A DNA stretch of 64,000 bases from the NCBI GenBank assembly GCA_001949185.1, contig BDGG01000001.1, forward strand, positions 8,874,721 through 8,938,720. Direction: 5' to 3'. The stretch is from Ramazzottius varieornatus. Its lineage: Eukaryota > Animalia > Tardigrada. Within the stretch, counting starts at the first letter, position 1; every line of letters begins with the position of its first letter. Below are positions 13,296 through 26,159 of the stretch, piece by piece. The notes beneath the pieces were generated by a model. The model searched no databases, was not told the DNA's origin, and saw nothing but the letters and a program-made list of their open reading frames with translations. Position numbers and translations under genes: made by a program.

Positions 13296-13655
13296 ATGGC
13301 TCGTCTAGCATTTCCAGTCTGGGGGCTTCTTATCCTCTTTCTCTGTGACCAGCTGGTGATGAGCAGCGTTATGCGACGGCCAGCAGCAAGTGTGGAAAGC
13401 AGACCAGCAGCGGCCGATGCCGACATTGCTGACAGCCAGCTCCAACGTCAAAGCGCCACATTCAGTGTGCCTTACGCCCAACATCCGCAATATCGGCCAG
13501 GTAGGATCTGCCCTCTCTGCTGCACCTACAAAAGCGCCTCAAACTATCTGCCATTTCTTCTTCTCCTTGCAGGATTACAATGGAGTCCGCCAAGACCGAC
13601 GCATCCCGGAACCTATTTCTGCGCTTGCACAATTTACACCATGTACTGCTGTTGA
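13296..13655 (+). CDS. Small secreted Cys-rich pre-pro-peptide A (95 aa, 2 exons)
   Basis: Signal peptide MARLAFPVWGLLILFLCDQLVMS; intron 13501-13572 (GTAGGA..TTGCAG); C-terminus YFCACTIYTMYCC*. Paralogous to the next gene. Confidence 0.75.
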   Translation: MARLAFPVWGLLILFLCDQLVMSSVMRRPAASVESRPAAADADIADSQLQRQSATFSVPYAQHPQYRPGRICPLCCTYKSASNYLPFLLLLAGLQWSPPRPTHPGTYFCACTIYTMYCC

Positions 13656-13885
13656 TCTAAGACAGAGAAAAGAAGCTTCAAGCGTCACCTTTAATATCCA
13701 CCACAATATACGGGCCACGCTCCCATAGTGATCCATCTCTCTTTCCCTGACTTTCACATTAATTACTTTTTTTATCCAACACCAAGCCGCATATGTACTT
13801 ACTCTTTCTTTTTTTTCTGGCTGCAAATTTAACGTGCTGATTGTAATTGTGGTAAATTGTGACTTCAGCCTGCCAAGAAAAAGAC

Positions 13886-14137
13886 ATGTCTTACTCCGCA
13901 GCTGTGTTAACTGGCATACTGCTACTTTTGTCACAAGAGATGGTACTGGGCGGCGTCACAAGGTGGCGACAAGGCCGAGCTGCGCCTTGGTACGGCGGAC
14001 AGAGGCTGGAGCGCCCCATGCAGCGGCAGTCGCAGGCGCTGGACCTTCCACTGAATCGCCGTCAGGACCGTGCGCAGGGGCCCAAGATGGCTCGTTTTTG
14101 TGCCTGTACCAGCTACACCCACTTTTGCTGCAAATAG
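13886..14137 (+). CDS. Small secreted Cys-rich pre-pro-peptide B (83 aa)
   Basis: Signal peptide MSYSAAVLTGILLLLSQEMVLG; shares QRQS and the C-terminal RFCACTSYTHFCCK* motif with peptide A. Confidence 0.75.
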   Translation: MSYSAAVLTGILLLLSQEMVLGGVTRWRQGRAAPWYGGQRLERPMQRQSQALDLPLNRRQDRAQGPKMARFCACTSYTHFCCK

Positions 14138-14194
14138 TACACCGCGCAACTTTTGTCCCATCTGGCAGCTTTCTGCCAGCAAAGTCGCCATGCT

Positions 14195-14270
14195 GGTCTT
14201 GCCAAGTGGCGCACGTCTCCAGTGTTATTGACCGAAGACGTGCGCCACCTGACAAAATCATCTTGTCCAC
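14195..14270. repeat. N25 inverted-repeat element, 1 unit (3' of peptide B)
   Basis: CAAGTGGCGCAC-25nt-GTGCGCCACCTG. Confidence 0.85.
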
Positions 14271-14750
14271 TTTGACTGCTGCCGTTGTTAAGTTTTGCTA
14301 TGCCTCCTTGTTTCTGATCAAAGAGACTTTTTACGCTGTCCACGGAAGGTTTATCGGTGCAACGAAAGAGGTCAGCATCGGGCAGTTTACAATTTCACTC
14401 CAACAACTGCCTGCTTGCGGAGACAAACACAAAGGTGTAAAAAGACTCAACTTGGCTCCGATGGAGCCAACAGACAACCTTGTAAAACGCTAAAGCGCAC
14501 ACAGTCAATAACATTAGAAAGTAGGTTGCGAGGAAGCGAGAGAGCTTGAGCTACACCAAAACGCGCATTGCCTCCAGTACGGCAGAAAATTCCGCTAGGA
14601 AGGACGGGCGAGACTTGATAGTAAAAGGCACACACTCAACTCCACACTGTGAGATCCGCTAAAAATTTAAATGCAAACTTGGGAAAGCTTGGCAGAGCTT
14701 TTTTCCACACTAGTCAGTTCAATCTTTCGGGGAAAACAAAAACGTCTTGT

Positions 14751-17700
14751 CTACTTCTTCCTCTTTCTAGCTTGGAATTTACACTTTGTTGAGCCGCAGG
14801 CACAATAGACACCCTTGTCCACTTGCCGTTGCCAGTACAGGTCCCCGTAGTGAAAGCTGCAGATTCAACAGGGACGACATGCAGATGGTGTGCAATGTTA
14901 AAGGGCTGAAAGGAGCGTGGGAAATGCACTTACGTCAGTTCGTGGCCCTTGCCCACCACTTGTGCCGAAAACATGGCCATCCGTACGCCCGTGTCCAGTG
15001 CGTCGCCCGACACGTAGACGCGGACGGGAAAGAGGTTGGGATCACAAGAATGGTTCAGAAACCTGTCAAATATCCACGCTCTGTTGAAGGGCCACCCACC
15101 CTTGCCAACTTCATAGCTTAGCTGGCACGACATGAAACCTACGCTCAGCTAACAAATCTGCAGCAGATCCTCTTGCCAAGTGGTGCACGCTTCCAGCCAA
15201 AAAGACGGGAGACGTGCGCCACTGAGGACAATAATCTGGCCCAGTTTGCTTTGTGGAGCGGCCTGGTGACAATGGCTTACCGTGCAACGTTGCCACAACG
15301 AGTGGGATCAACGTGATACATGGTACCATCGTAGTTATCGATCTAGGAGAAGAAAAGCACTGTGAAGAATGGAAAACAGTCCAGCACAATCATGTCTGCA
15401 CTACCGTTAGTTCCATGGCCCAATCGTTGTGCGGGTCGCGAGCTAGTAATCGGTCACTCTCGATGATCTCTCCAACGAACCTGCAAAGATTGGCAATGAA
15501 ATAAAGCCATCGCTACGACAAGGACATTGAATCACACTACAAGACAGCTTGAAATGTCATGGTAGAAAATAGAGAGGGAGAAGGCAGATGATTGCGGCTT
15601 ACTCCATGATAAACTCGCCGGGCTGGATGGTCCGCGTGGCTCGAACACCCCAGCCGCGTTTAGTGGTCATGAATATCTCAAATGCCATCCTGCAAGCAGA
15701 TAACAAGGCCATCAAAGCTTGCTTTCTTTCCACAGCCTGTGGCTATCGTGGGCGCAAGGAAGCTTCTTGGTACTGTACCTGATGCCTTTCTGCACCACCC
15801 GACTACTGCAGTCGGGCCCACAAGCGCAGTGTGCTCCACACTCAAAGATGGGGTTGCCCTTGCACGTTCCTGGGACGATTGTCCCACTCTACATCAACAA
15901 GAAGACTCTGACCATTATTCTGACTTATCATCGAGTGTGAAAGCCGGTCGAGTCTACACAAAGTGACAAATGGAGTCTTCCCTTACGGCGGGCAAATGAT
16001 GTGGCGGACTTACCCTGCTGTAAGCCAAGCCTCGTTTGAGGCATTGGCAGCTGGTGGTACTACACTGGCCAGCGCGGCAGCCACAGTACATCATGCCCTT
16101 CAGGCTGGGCGCTTCCCCCAGGTAAATGTTCTCCCGAATGTACACAAAGTCTTTCAGGCTGGCCAGCGACTTTTCATTGACCACCTTGATCGCCTTGACT
16201 TCCCGACCGAAGGAAATGTCTCTGCAAGAACCATAGGTCAAAGAACGGACCATCACACATGCAACGACAAACAAATTCCATCGCAAAGATGGTTTCCCCC
16301 AAGTGGCGCATATCGTCGGTCTTGTTGGCTATACGCATGCGCCACTCGAATGAACGAGCTTGGCCCAACTGACGCACACTGTTCAGCCAGTAGGACAGCA
16401 GACGTGCGCCACTTGGTAAAACACTTTTCTAAAGTTCGTTTGCCCAGCTCCTATTTTCGCTGTAGCAAGGGAGCAAGGAGAAGCTTGTGGAGAAGCGTAG
16501 GGTGGAAGATGGCACATACCCGACAAAGGAGCCCGTCTCGAAGGAGTTGGCCACTTTGCAGTAGCTGTTCCACAGGCGGACCACCTCTTGGTTGCCACAG
16601 CGAGTGGCCAGGTCGATGGCGGTCAGGCCCTTCTTGTCGCTAATGGTCGTCTGCGCTCCGCAGATACGGACCATGTCCATCATCAGCTCGGCTTCGTACC
16701 GTGTCAGACCACTCAGCTCCGCTAAACGATGCCTGTCTCAACAGATTAGGCAAATTACTTGTGTGCTACTGGAGAGCGCCGTTGCATCATTGTGATAGTT
16801 ACATGAAAGTGCGATGATCGGCATCGAGGCGGTTGGGGTTAAAGGGGAAGAAGCCCAGGCAGAAGGAGAGGAGGTCGACGCGGCGAGCGGCGGCTAGAGC
16901 GTGTAGCAGGCTCTCGCCTTCTGCTTCGATGCTGTCACAGCCGTACTCCAAGAGAAACGTCTCCAGCTCGTCATTCTTAAAGAGCTGCTGCTCTCCGCAA
17001 AAGAAGGAAATGGCTGTTTGGTACACGTTGTTCTACAAATGTCAAACACCTCCATTAGTCCCACACTGTCCCCATCTGTCTCTTCCTCAGCCTCACGTCC
17101 AAGCTTGGCACACAACTCGCCAATGAGACTCTTTCTCCAACTGGCGCAATTGGTCAGCTATTAACCATGAGAAGGTGCGCCACTTGAGACGACAATTTGG
17201 TGCAATTGTGTCTTTTTCAAGTAGCGCACGTTGCCGGTGATAATAGCTGAAAGCGTGCGCCACTTGGGTTATGCAGAAGAGTTTGCTTCTGCTGAGGTGA
17301 TTGTCCTACCTTGGCGAACATGAGTGAAGCTGTGCTGTTTTGGAGGACGAGAGTGACCATATCCCACATGTTTCTGTGGTCGGCCTTCCACAGTTGGTGG
17401 GCAATGTGCAGTGCCGAGCTGCCTTCAGGGTCTAGGTCGGTGTGGGCCGTGTAGGGCAAGAGCAGGTCCACCAAGGCCAGGTCGCCACTGCGCATGGCGA
17501 TGGCCAGGATGGAAAAGCCCTCTTTATCCCTGACGTTCAGGTCAAAGTCATTCTAAAAAAGGCAAATACCTCCAGTCGACTTTCAAGCTGATCGATACAA
17601 AAAGCAATTGTCCGCTTACGGCAATGAGCAGAGCGAAGTAGGCCATGAAGTTCTCTTGCTTGGAGTGGTTTCGGGCAGCGTAGAGGGCAATAGTCTGCAG

Positions 17701-19786
17701 CATTTCCCTGTCTCGTTCGCTCATATCGTTCTTCAATATGTTGACGACGTCGGCCATGTTGACCCGCCCAATGCACTCCACTGTTTTCTTCCTACAACAA
17801 AGTATGTCTCATGTCAACTTCTGACGACACACAGGAGATACAATGCCCAGTGGAGGGAAAAAGCTAACTTTTCAGCTTTGTCCAGTCCCTCCATCAGCTT
17901 CTTAAAGTCAAGGAGCAACTTGGGAGGAAAGATGCTGAGCAGGCGCTGGGGCTCCTTCCTCTGGTAATTGGGCAGTAAGGCTTCACACTTGCGCTGCTTC
18001 TTAATCATCAGGTTCAAGTCTTGCAGCTCTTGACTAGACAGCTTCCTACAAAGAAGAAAAGCCCCTTCAATGATCAAACCTTGGCAAAGCCATATCTCTT
18101 GGCTGCTGCCATGGATCGGTACAAGTGTACTGTACCTGGGCGTGACTTCCAGTGTGGTGATGATGGACGTCTTGAGCCCTTCTTCCCGACTGTTGAACGA
18201 TCCTTCCTCGCTGTTCAGTCGCGTCCGCGGCTTGGCCCGCACACTGCATGCCCAAGCTGTCGACGAGGTGTCAGCTATCTCCAGCGAACCTTCTCGCGAC
18301 AAACGCTGCGCGGAAGAAGGCGAAGAAGGCTGCAAAGAAGCGCATTTGATTGGTCAACTTTCGGTGAGAAAAGAACGCTGTCATCAAATTACCTGTAAGA
18401 AGGCCTGTGCATTTCGTAGTCGTTCGTGCTGGCGGAAGACCGAGTGGACAATGTTCTGCTGTTCCAGCAGGACACTCTTCTGTTGTTCCGCCTCAGTGGC
18501 CAAAGTTGCGGCTGCCACTTTAGCTTTCGACCCACTTCCCACATTCTCGCTACTCTTCCTGCAGATGGAGGATGAGGCTCGGACAGCAGAGAGACTCTTT
18601 GAGTTGGAGAGCGTCTTTGAAGCGCTGGCTTTGCTGTTGGATAGCAGTTCGACTGTCTGGGGCTGGTTTTCCGCTTGTGGAGAAGCTTCCATACCGGGGA
18701 CCATGTTGGATGCTCCTTCGACCGTCCCGTCGACTATACTGGCATTGGTGCTTCCTAGGCCTGAGTCCGAGGCTGGTGTGGGGCTGTGAGGCACCGAAGT
18801 CGAAAGAGGGAAGGCTGGGTAAGCGCTTTCTGTCCGAGGAGAACTGCAAAAAGAAACGACAGGTGACTGATAACAAACACTCATGGCAGACCCAGTGGGC
18901 AACGGCGTCCACTATAACTTGAATTGACAGCACGCTACAATTTGCCCCTGTGGCCCACCAGACGCCGTAGACTCAACACAATGACAGCACAAGTCGGAAA
19001 CTACATGACGATTTGTGGTGATTGAAAGCTTAACCACTTTACTGCCATCACATTACTAACGGATAAAACCATCAAATCCATTAAACAAGAAGGAGCTTCC
19101 GTGGACAGTGTAACTGTCTTGCCTGGTTTCAAACTCATGGTTAACAGTGAACGAAATACGCGTTTCTGGAAGGTTGCGACGGAAGAAAGAAGACTCACGT
19201 GTACGATGGTTCGGATAGCACAGCAGGAGCAGAACCAACTGACGGCTGCTCGGAGATATCGGAATGAACAGGCGAGGTTGGAAGAAGAGCGTTGTTCTGA
19301 GGAACAACTTCCCTCACCGTCGCACTGCCTTTCAAGATGGGCGAAAAAGTCTTCTCAACATCTGCCTGACGAGAAACGGCAACAGCTACAGTGGAAACAG
19401 TGATATCCACAGGAGATTCCTGGACGGCGGTCTCACTTGCAGGTGATGACAGATCTGCAGACTGAGGTGAACGGAACGATGTGGACGATGCATCCACAAG
19501 TCGAACGTCTTCCCTAGAAGTAGATGGTAAATGCGGTGATTTCTCGATGGCCGGTGGACGCTCGTTCATCAAAGCGCCATTGTGGTGTCTGGATGTTGTG
19601 TTTGAGACGGGTGACAGCACAGGAAGTGGCGGGGGAGGACGAACGGGCGAAACACCTGTCAACAGATAATACAGTACAGTCCAACCTTGATTGTTTCATT
19701 AGATGGATCGTTTGCGTACCACAGAAAATGATATTTTCGTCGTCCGAATTGTCTTCCGTCAGATCAATTACAACCACCTCCACCAT
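14751..19786 (-). CDS. Ankyrin-repeat + pre-SET/SET/post-SET histone lysine methyltransferase (G9a/GLP, EHMT-like)
   Basis: Long Ser-rich N-terminus; ankyrin repeats ([31 protein letters not shown]); pre-SET ([20 protein letters not shown]); SET ([20 protein letters not shown]|FHYG); post-[12 protein letters not shown]. Exons join through GT-AG introns. Confidence 0.85.
15165..15248. repeat. N25 inverted-repeat element, 1 unit (SET gene intron)
   Basis: Spacer 15189-15213. Confidence 0.85.
16283..16448. repeat. N25 inverted-repeat element, 2 units (SET gene intron)
   Basis: Spacers of 25 and 26 nt. Confidence 0.85.
17101..17270. repeat. N25 inverted-repeat element, 2 units (SET gene intron)
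   Basis: Spacers 17150-17174 and 17230-17254. Confidence 0.85.
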
Positions 19787-20023
19787 TGTTGTAAATCAGA
19801 AAACATTATCCGCAAAGAGACTAACCGAACCTTCACTGAAAGCGCGCGAGGGTTATTTTCTCTGTCAGACGGAAACACTCCGCTAGTTTGCTTATCGTCA
19901 GACCGATCGCTCTATTTGCCCTTCACGTTGGACCTGTGCTCTTGCGGATCAAAACTTACCGACACCCACGAACGCCCTTTCATCAACAGAGCGGGTATCA
20001 TGAGGCAGAAAAAAGGAGACAGA

Positions 20024-22029
20024 TTAGAGCACTGTTGATCTGAAAGATCGTCTGAGAAAGCCGAGAAGAATTTTGTGGCTGTCTGAGCCTGTCTCGTTTT
20101 GTCTGATTGTCCTCGTCCTTCTTGCGCTTTCTTGATTGGACAATGCGTTGATTAGGTACGTAAAACGCAGATGAACAACGTTGTGCAGCCTGGTGGTCAA
20201 CTCATCACAACCTAATACCCCGCTTAAAATATTTGCCGCATTGAGTGGGAGCTGCACCTACGCTATAAGTTTAGTGGACGCAGTTTGCTCATACTTTGCT
20301 ATAGGCCTACCCCGTACTCTGTCGGCACCAAAAACTGCTTCTCTGGAAAGAATCTCAACTCGGAAGACTTAAACATCCCCGCTGTCCAGTGCCGACATCC
20401 AGGAAGAAGAATACCACTTTATTACCTAGAGAAGTTGGCTTTGGTGGTGGATTTGGCTGGCCGGGAGTGGGCATGGGTGCGCGTGCAAGTCCTTCCTCTG
20501 TCCGTGGACGCGATGGTCTTGACTTTCGCACTGCATGTTGCTGTTGGGTCTGCCGTAGCAGATGGATTTGCTGCGGCTTGACTACAACCGGGCTATGTGA
20601 ATAGGCCCGGCTGACTGGCGAGCGACTTGCGGAATCTCTGGACGAGCTGTTAGAGCGGCTCGTCCGCTGGCTGTGCGCCAAATGATGTGGCCTCCGGTAC
20701 GGGTCCACTGCCACTGTCATAGCATGTGATGGTGCAGCAGGACTTCGAGTTCCATAGGCTGAAGCAAAGCTGTCTGGCGCAGGAATGTAACCTGAAATTA
20801 ATCCGAAAACGGCTTAACTGTACTTCATCATCTATATTCTCTTGATCCAAAGCGTCACGAACCTCTTGCTACTTCCATTCCCGCCGATAATGACGGCCGT
20901 AAAACCTCCTGCGGTGGAATGTGGGAGCTGACATTGGTCGCCAACATTGGTTTCGAAGGTGAAGGGGTCCCGAAAATGTCTCTGTCGTGGTCGCTGAAAC
21001 TTTGCATCGGTTCGCTGTACGCAGGCGAAGACGCTTGGTGGCTGGGAGCTGCAGGGGAACTGGCTGGCGAACTGTACAGCTGGCAAGTCTGAGGTGGGGA
21101 AACAACGGGCGGATGAAACTGTTGGGACAAATCCAGTTTTGTCTTCAGAGTGTTGTAAAGATTGGGTGTGATGGTCGTCGGAGCTGCTTCTTGAGCATAA
21201 AAGCGTTGGTGAAGGTAAGGTGGCGCTTCCTCGACCGCGTTACACTGCAGATCATCGAAGTAACGCTGGGGAAGGACTTGCGCGTACGCGGGACGATGGG
21301 GTGTCTGGTGGTATTGCGCGTATTCCTCATGGTAGTAAGCATCAACGGCCATATTGTCATCTTGGTTCGGTTCTTCAGGTCGGTAGTCAGGCGAATAATG
21401 TTGCATCATCAGATTGGGCTTTGTTTGGCAATGAGTATTTTGAGGTGGAGGAAAGGCCTCTGGAAACGTTGGTTGCAACATAATGTTAGGAGGTCCAGCA
21501 GGAGGGCGATACTTTAAAGGAGGTCGGAAATGAGCCGGAGGGTCCAGCGCAGGTCGTGGAGGACGAAAACCATCTGTCAAATAAGAAAGAAAAGCCGCTG
21601 GTAAACGGTAGTATCGAATGACATGGACATATTACCTACAAACTACACATATGATTTGACATGTCATGTCCTGACAAAGTAGATACCATCTGCCGGCTGG
21701 ACAGACACATGACGTCACTGCGACTGCAGGCTGCACGACATGTTATACTGTGACGTCATGAATGAGTTTACCGTATATTTCGAGATGATTAGAAGGTGGT
21801 AAGGGTACCACTTACAGTGCCGGTATCTTGGCGGCGGCGGCGGCGGCGGATGGTCTGCGGTACGAGAAAACCTTTGATAATTTGGAGGCGGTGGCCGACG
21901 TCGCTGTTGCTGCGGATTATACGAGTACCGGGGATGATGGCCGACTGGCGGAGGTCGAGAAGGTACGAAGTTGCTGCGATCCCAGTTGGCATCGTACGGA
22001 TGGTCTCCCAAGAGTCCACTTCGTCGCAT
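20024..22029 (-). CDS. Hypothetical Pro/Gln/Tyr-rich low-complexity protein with an RS-like segment (multi-exon)
   Basis: Chain of minus-strand ORFs with splice signals (MRRSGLLGDHP..PPPPPRYRH|DGFRPPRP..; SRSNSSSRDSASRSP). No domain recognised; exon ends approximate. Confidence 0.5.
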
Positions 22030-23227
22030 GTTCTGCAAAGAGGGAAATTCCTGCTCGCATATGTCTTTGCCAAGTTCCGTCGTAATAAAACAGTCCAAAG
22101 AAGCGAGTTTCACAAAATCACACTAAACAAAGGACCATTCCAACTAGACTGCGTGCGCACAGAATAACGTTGTCGCTTTAGGAGAAACAAGCACACGCTG
22201 CGTACAGATCAGTACCAAAACAGAGAAGCATGCAAGCTATTAGTTTGTTTTTTGGAATCTGGACAAGAGTGTTCTGAAGAGATGTGAAGTGAGAAATTTA
22301 GAAAGCACCAACACTGGTCCAACAGTCATCACTCATCAGGCGGCATTCAAGCTGAAAACGTCCCTCTCAGTCAACAATCAACAATCAAAAACATAATTAA
22401 CTCCATCATATCCACGTGACACAAGACTTGTCGACAGAGTAGCCACAACCCACGTGTGGCTTGCCTACTATTTATGACAACTTACCCATGACGTTAATGG
22501 TAGATGAGAAAGACTTCCGGTCAACAGATTTCGACTTGAGCTTCCACCACCCAGAATCCCAGATTTATCTCGTTAACATCGAAGCAAAGAATGCTAATGA
22601 TGGTGACTGGCAGTGAAAATTCTCCTTCATCTCGCACCAAGCTCCGTACAATCTCGGTAGGATCTCTGGACAAGAGCAAGAGCAGCGTTCTGTAGTGCCA
22701 ACCTGCATTGTGCTGGGGGCGATTGTATACACGTTTCATCTCTGTCGATGGTTGGGTACTACGGAATATGATTACGATGGTCTCAAGTTTTCCACTGAAC
22801 TGGCTTGACGAGTTTGTTTCAAGCGCGGGCATATGCGGAAGTACAGTGCATCAACGCCTGGCACTGTTTCTACCGGCTTCCATGTCAGCACAGAATTGCA
22901 GAATAACGCTGGCTGATCTCAAAGTCGAGCAGAATTTGGCTGTCCACTTTTGACAGTACGAAATTCGGGTAAAACATGAAACGGATATAACAGAAAAACA
23001 CATCCAAGAAAACTTGACATCGAAGTAATCTAGAGCTGGGTAAACCTTCTACAGTATACAGTACATTCAAGAAAAAATTAATAAATAAGATGTGTGTTCG
23101 GAAAGATGGGGTTCAAGTTTTGGCCCGAGTGAAGGTGCAGTGCAGGAAAAGGAACATCAATGTTATCCGGCGAGCTGCTACAGAGAAAGACTAAAATACC
23201 TCGGACAAAAGACCTCATCAGTATAAG

Positions 23228-25185
23228 TTAATCTTTATCAAACAACATGGAAAGACCACTGAAGATGGCCGCCGGGTCGCTCTTGTAGCGCAGGAAGAGA
23301 CCCTGCAGTTGGGCCAAGCTGATTTCGGGCTTCTCCGACATCTCCAAGACATTCCTGACGAACCTGCGCACTTCCTCGTCGCTGGCCTTCCTGTAGAACC
23401 TCCTAAACATGCGCTCCAGCTGATGCTTGGTGGCGTAGCCCACGTACTGCCGACAGTCAACCCTCCCTGGTCGGATCAGGGCCGGATCGAGCCTTTCGAC
23501 GTAGTTGGTGGTCATGAAAAGAATGCGTCCTTCGGCCGAAGCCACACCGTCCAGCGCGTTCAAAAGTCCGCTGAATGTCAGCCTGTTCATCCCTTCGAAA
23601 GCGGTGGCCGTCGAGCCCGACGCCGTCGGACCCTTTTCTTCCTCCATGTTGGACCTCTTAGTCGTCGTCGACTCGATTTCGCGCGACTTGAAAGCGGCAT
23701 CAACATCTGCAACCAAATCAACGATGATCACAGTGGTTCTTGTTTCAAGTTTTCGCATGTATGTACCTTCTAGCAAAATAAGAGAATTCTCCGGTGCATC
23801 GATCAGTAGGCGATTGAAACCTGAAATGCACATGAAATCCAGTTAAGCCGTAGACAACTGAAAGCTCGCTAACAAGTTAGCAAATTGGAGACTGCTTTTT
23901 CCAAGTGGTGCACCCTGTCAATAATACTGGCTGAAAGCATGCGCCAGTTCGAGAAGCAAACATGTCGAGTTCACCCAAGTGGCGCACATTTGTATTGTTC
24001 TGGGGGCTAAACGTGCGCCACTTCGAGTTATGATCTTTTCTAATTTGCTTACGTTCCGTAACCTTCCAGCGTACCTTCGTCATTGAGACTTTTATCGGAG
24101 AGGTTGACAATGCAGACGTTCAAATCGAACTTGCCAGCGACAGCGCTGATAAAGCTGGTCTTTCCGGTGCCGGGAGGTCCGTAGAGAAGGTAGCCGCGCC
24201 GATAAGGAACGCCAAACTCGGTGTACCACTCGGCGCTATTCATAAAGTCCTCAATATCCTCCAGGATCTTTTCGGCGATGCCATCGTCCAGGATGACCGA
24301 GTTGAGAGGTCGCTTGCGCTTTCCGTGGCCGGCGCTCTGCCAGCAGCCTTGGGCCGCCGTGTAGATAATGGTCTTCCCTTCGTTCTTTACTTCTTTGAAT
24401 TTCTTCACTTCGGCCAGCATTTCCCGAAAGACGGACGTGTCTTTTCCCATAGCTGACAAGACAATATTTTCCAGGCGGTTGACCGAGTACATGTCTTCCG
24501 TCTTTTCGGAACGCTTGCGATCAATCTGAAATTTCTTGCCTTGAAACCTGCAAAAAGCCCGTCATTACGCTGAACCGGAAGTCCGACAAAAGCACTACGC
24601 AAACATATTGACAGAGTTGGTTTTTCATCCACCACAATTTTTCCACATATGACAACAGATTGATTTAACGGAGTACAGAGGGACGTTTCTCAAAGTGTAC
24701 CTGAATTTGTGAGTGCCGACACTTGGGACAAAATCGTGCTGACTCTCCCATTTGCCCGTCGAGGTTTGCCTCGTTTCCGTTTGCAGGCTGAGGTGCTTGG
24801 GGTTCTTCATTTGTCGCTCGTGGACCCATTCCAGCACTTCCCAATAGCTGGAGTCACTACTGGGAATCTCCAGGGATATGGAAAAGTAGTCAATGTACAA
24901 ATTATGGACGGAATTCCATATTTGCTGCAGAAAGGCGATAAAGGCTCCCACTCCGACGATGCCAAAGCTGGCGCCCAGAACGGAGTTGCCGCCCAAGAGT
25001 TTACCCACAACGGTGGACTGATCGAACAAGGCCGAGATGTGGGCGCTGATGTCAAAGTCGAAGAGATGGATAATCACCTTCTCGATGTAGGGGAAGAGGA
25101 CGGTCAGGATGGTGGCGAGACCGAAGCCACCTCCAAAGTTGAGATTCTCCGGGATGAGATTCCCTAAACCGGCTGTCAGCAACAT
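23228..25185 (-). CDS. BCS1L: Mitochondrial AAA chaperone BCS1
   Basis: [64 protein letters not shown]|[41 protein letters not shown]. Confidence 0.96.
23864..24030. repeat. N25 inverted-repeat element, 2 units (BCS1 intron)
   Basis: Spacers 23914-23938 and 23988-24012. Confidence 0.85.
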
Positions 25186-26159
25186 CTTCCAGCCTTTCTT
25201 GACAGACTTTTGCAAAAAATAAGAACCGTTTTGAAAGCTTAGCGGCCAAACATCGAGTGACAAAATACTACGGCTGAATTCTATATATATACGTCCGTTT
25301 CAAGTTTCGGCAATGGACGGAATGAGTCACGCTGATGTCATAACAGAGCCCAGTCAAAAATGACCGTCCTTTACCATATCTTCCTTCTGGCAAGGATACG
25401 TGGGAATAGCCCGACACATGTCGTGTGTCAGACCGTGATGTGCCGCTTATTTCAGTGCGGGTTGTATGGTTGACAGCTGCGGCATGCGCCATCAAGGCGG
25501 AAGTGGTACTCGTGCACATGAATCATATCGCTCTAGTTATGAAGCAGAGGGGAAAGGGTTGCAACACGTTTCATCGGCGTGACCACATCAAAGAGCCCTA
25601 TGATCTCATCTCGATATACTTGTTTCATTTTCGCATGTTGGAAACGCGACGAACCATGTTTCGACGTCTTTGTACAAATAATCACTGGAGATTAGCCATT
25701 GCGATCCAAGTTCAAGGACTTGTGATGTCATTTCTGATGCTGATCTCATCACCTTTCACAAATTTTTGTATGGCCACTGTCAATCCCAGCTGCCTGTCAG
25801 CGCACAGCGGCATGTAGAAGAAAATATTAAGAGAGAGTAAAACTGGTAAGAGTGCAGCAGCATAAGAGACTACCAGGTGAAATGGCAGCTTTTGAGGACT
25901 ACACTGTACGGGGATTAGCAGGTATCGATCGCTTTCTGTAAGGGGTAGCGCAAGTCCACATGGCCCACATCGATCAGCGGATTCACCGGTATAAAATGCC
26001 AGATCCAGGTTATAAAAAGACTGTAGGAAAGGTTTCTGGACCATCCAAGACGAAGGCTCGCAGTTGAACCGTTGCCCCAACCTCTTAGTGTTTGACAGAG
26101 TCCTTCAGAATATCGACGGAGGCGCTGCAGTCCTTCCGACCTGGAAGCTGTAGTCGACC

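Noticed and set aside
22521-23070. Short ORFs downstream of BCS1 (and similar ones at 25425-26080)
   Set aside because: No motif support; likely UTR or promoter sequence.
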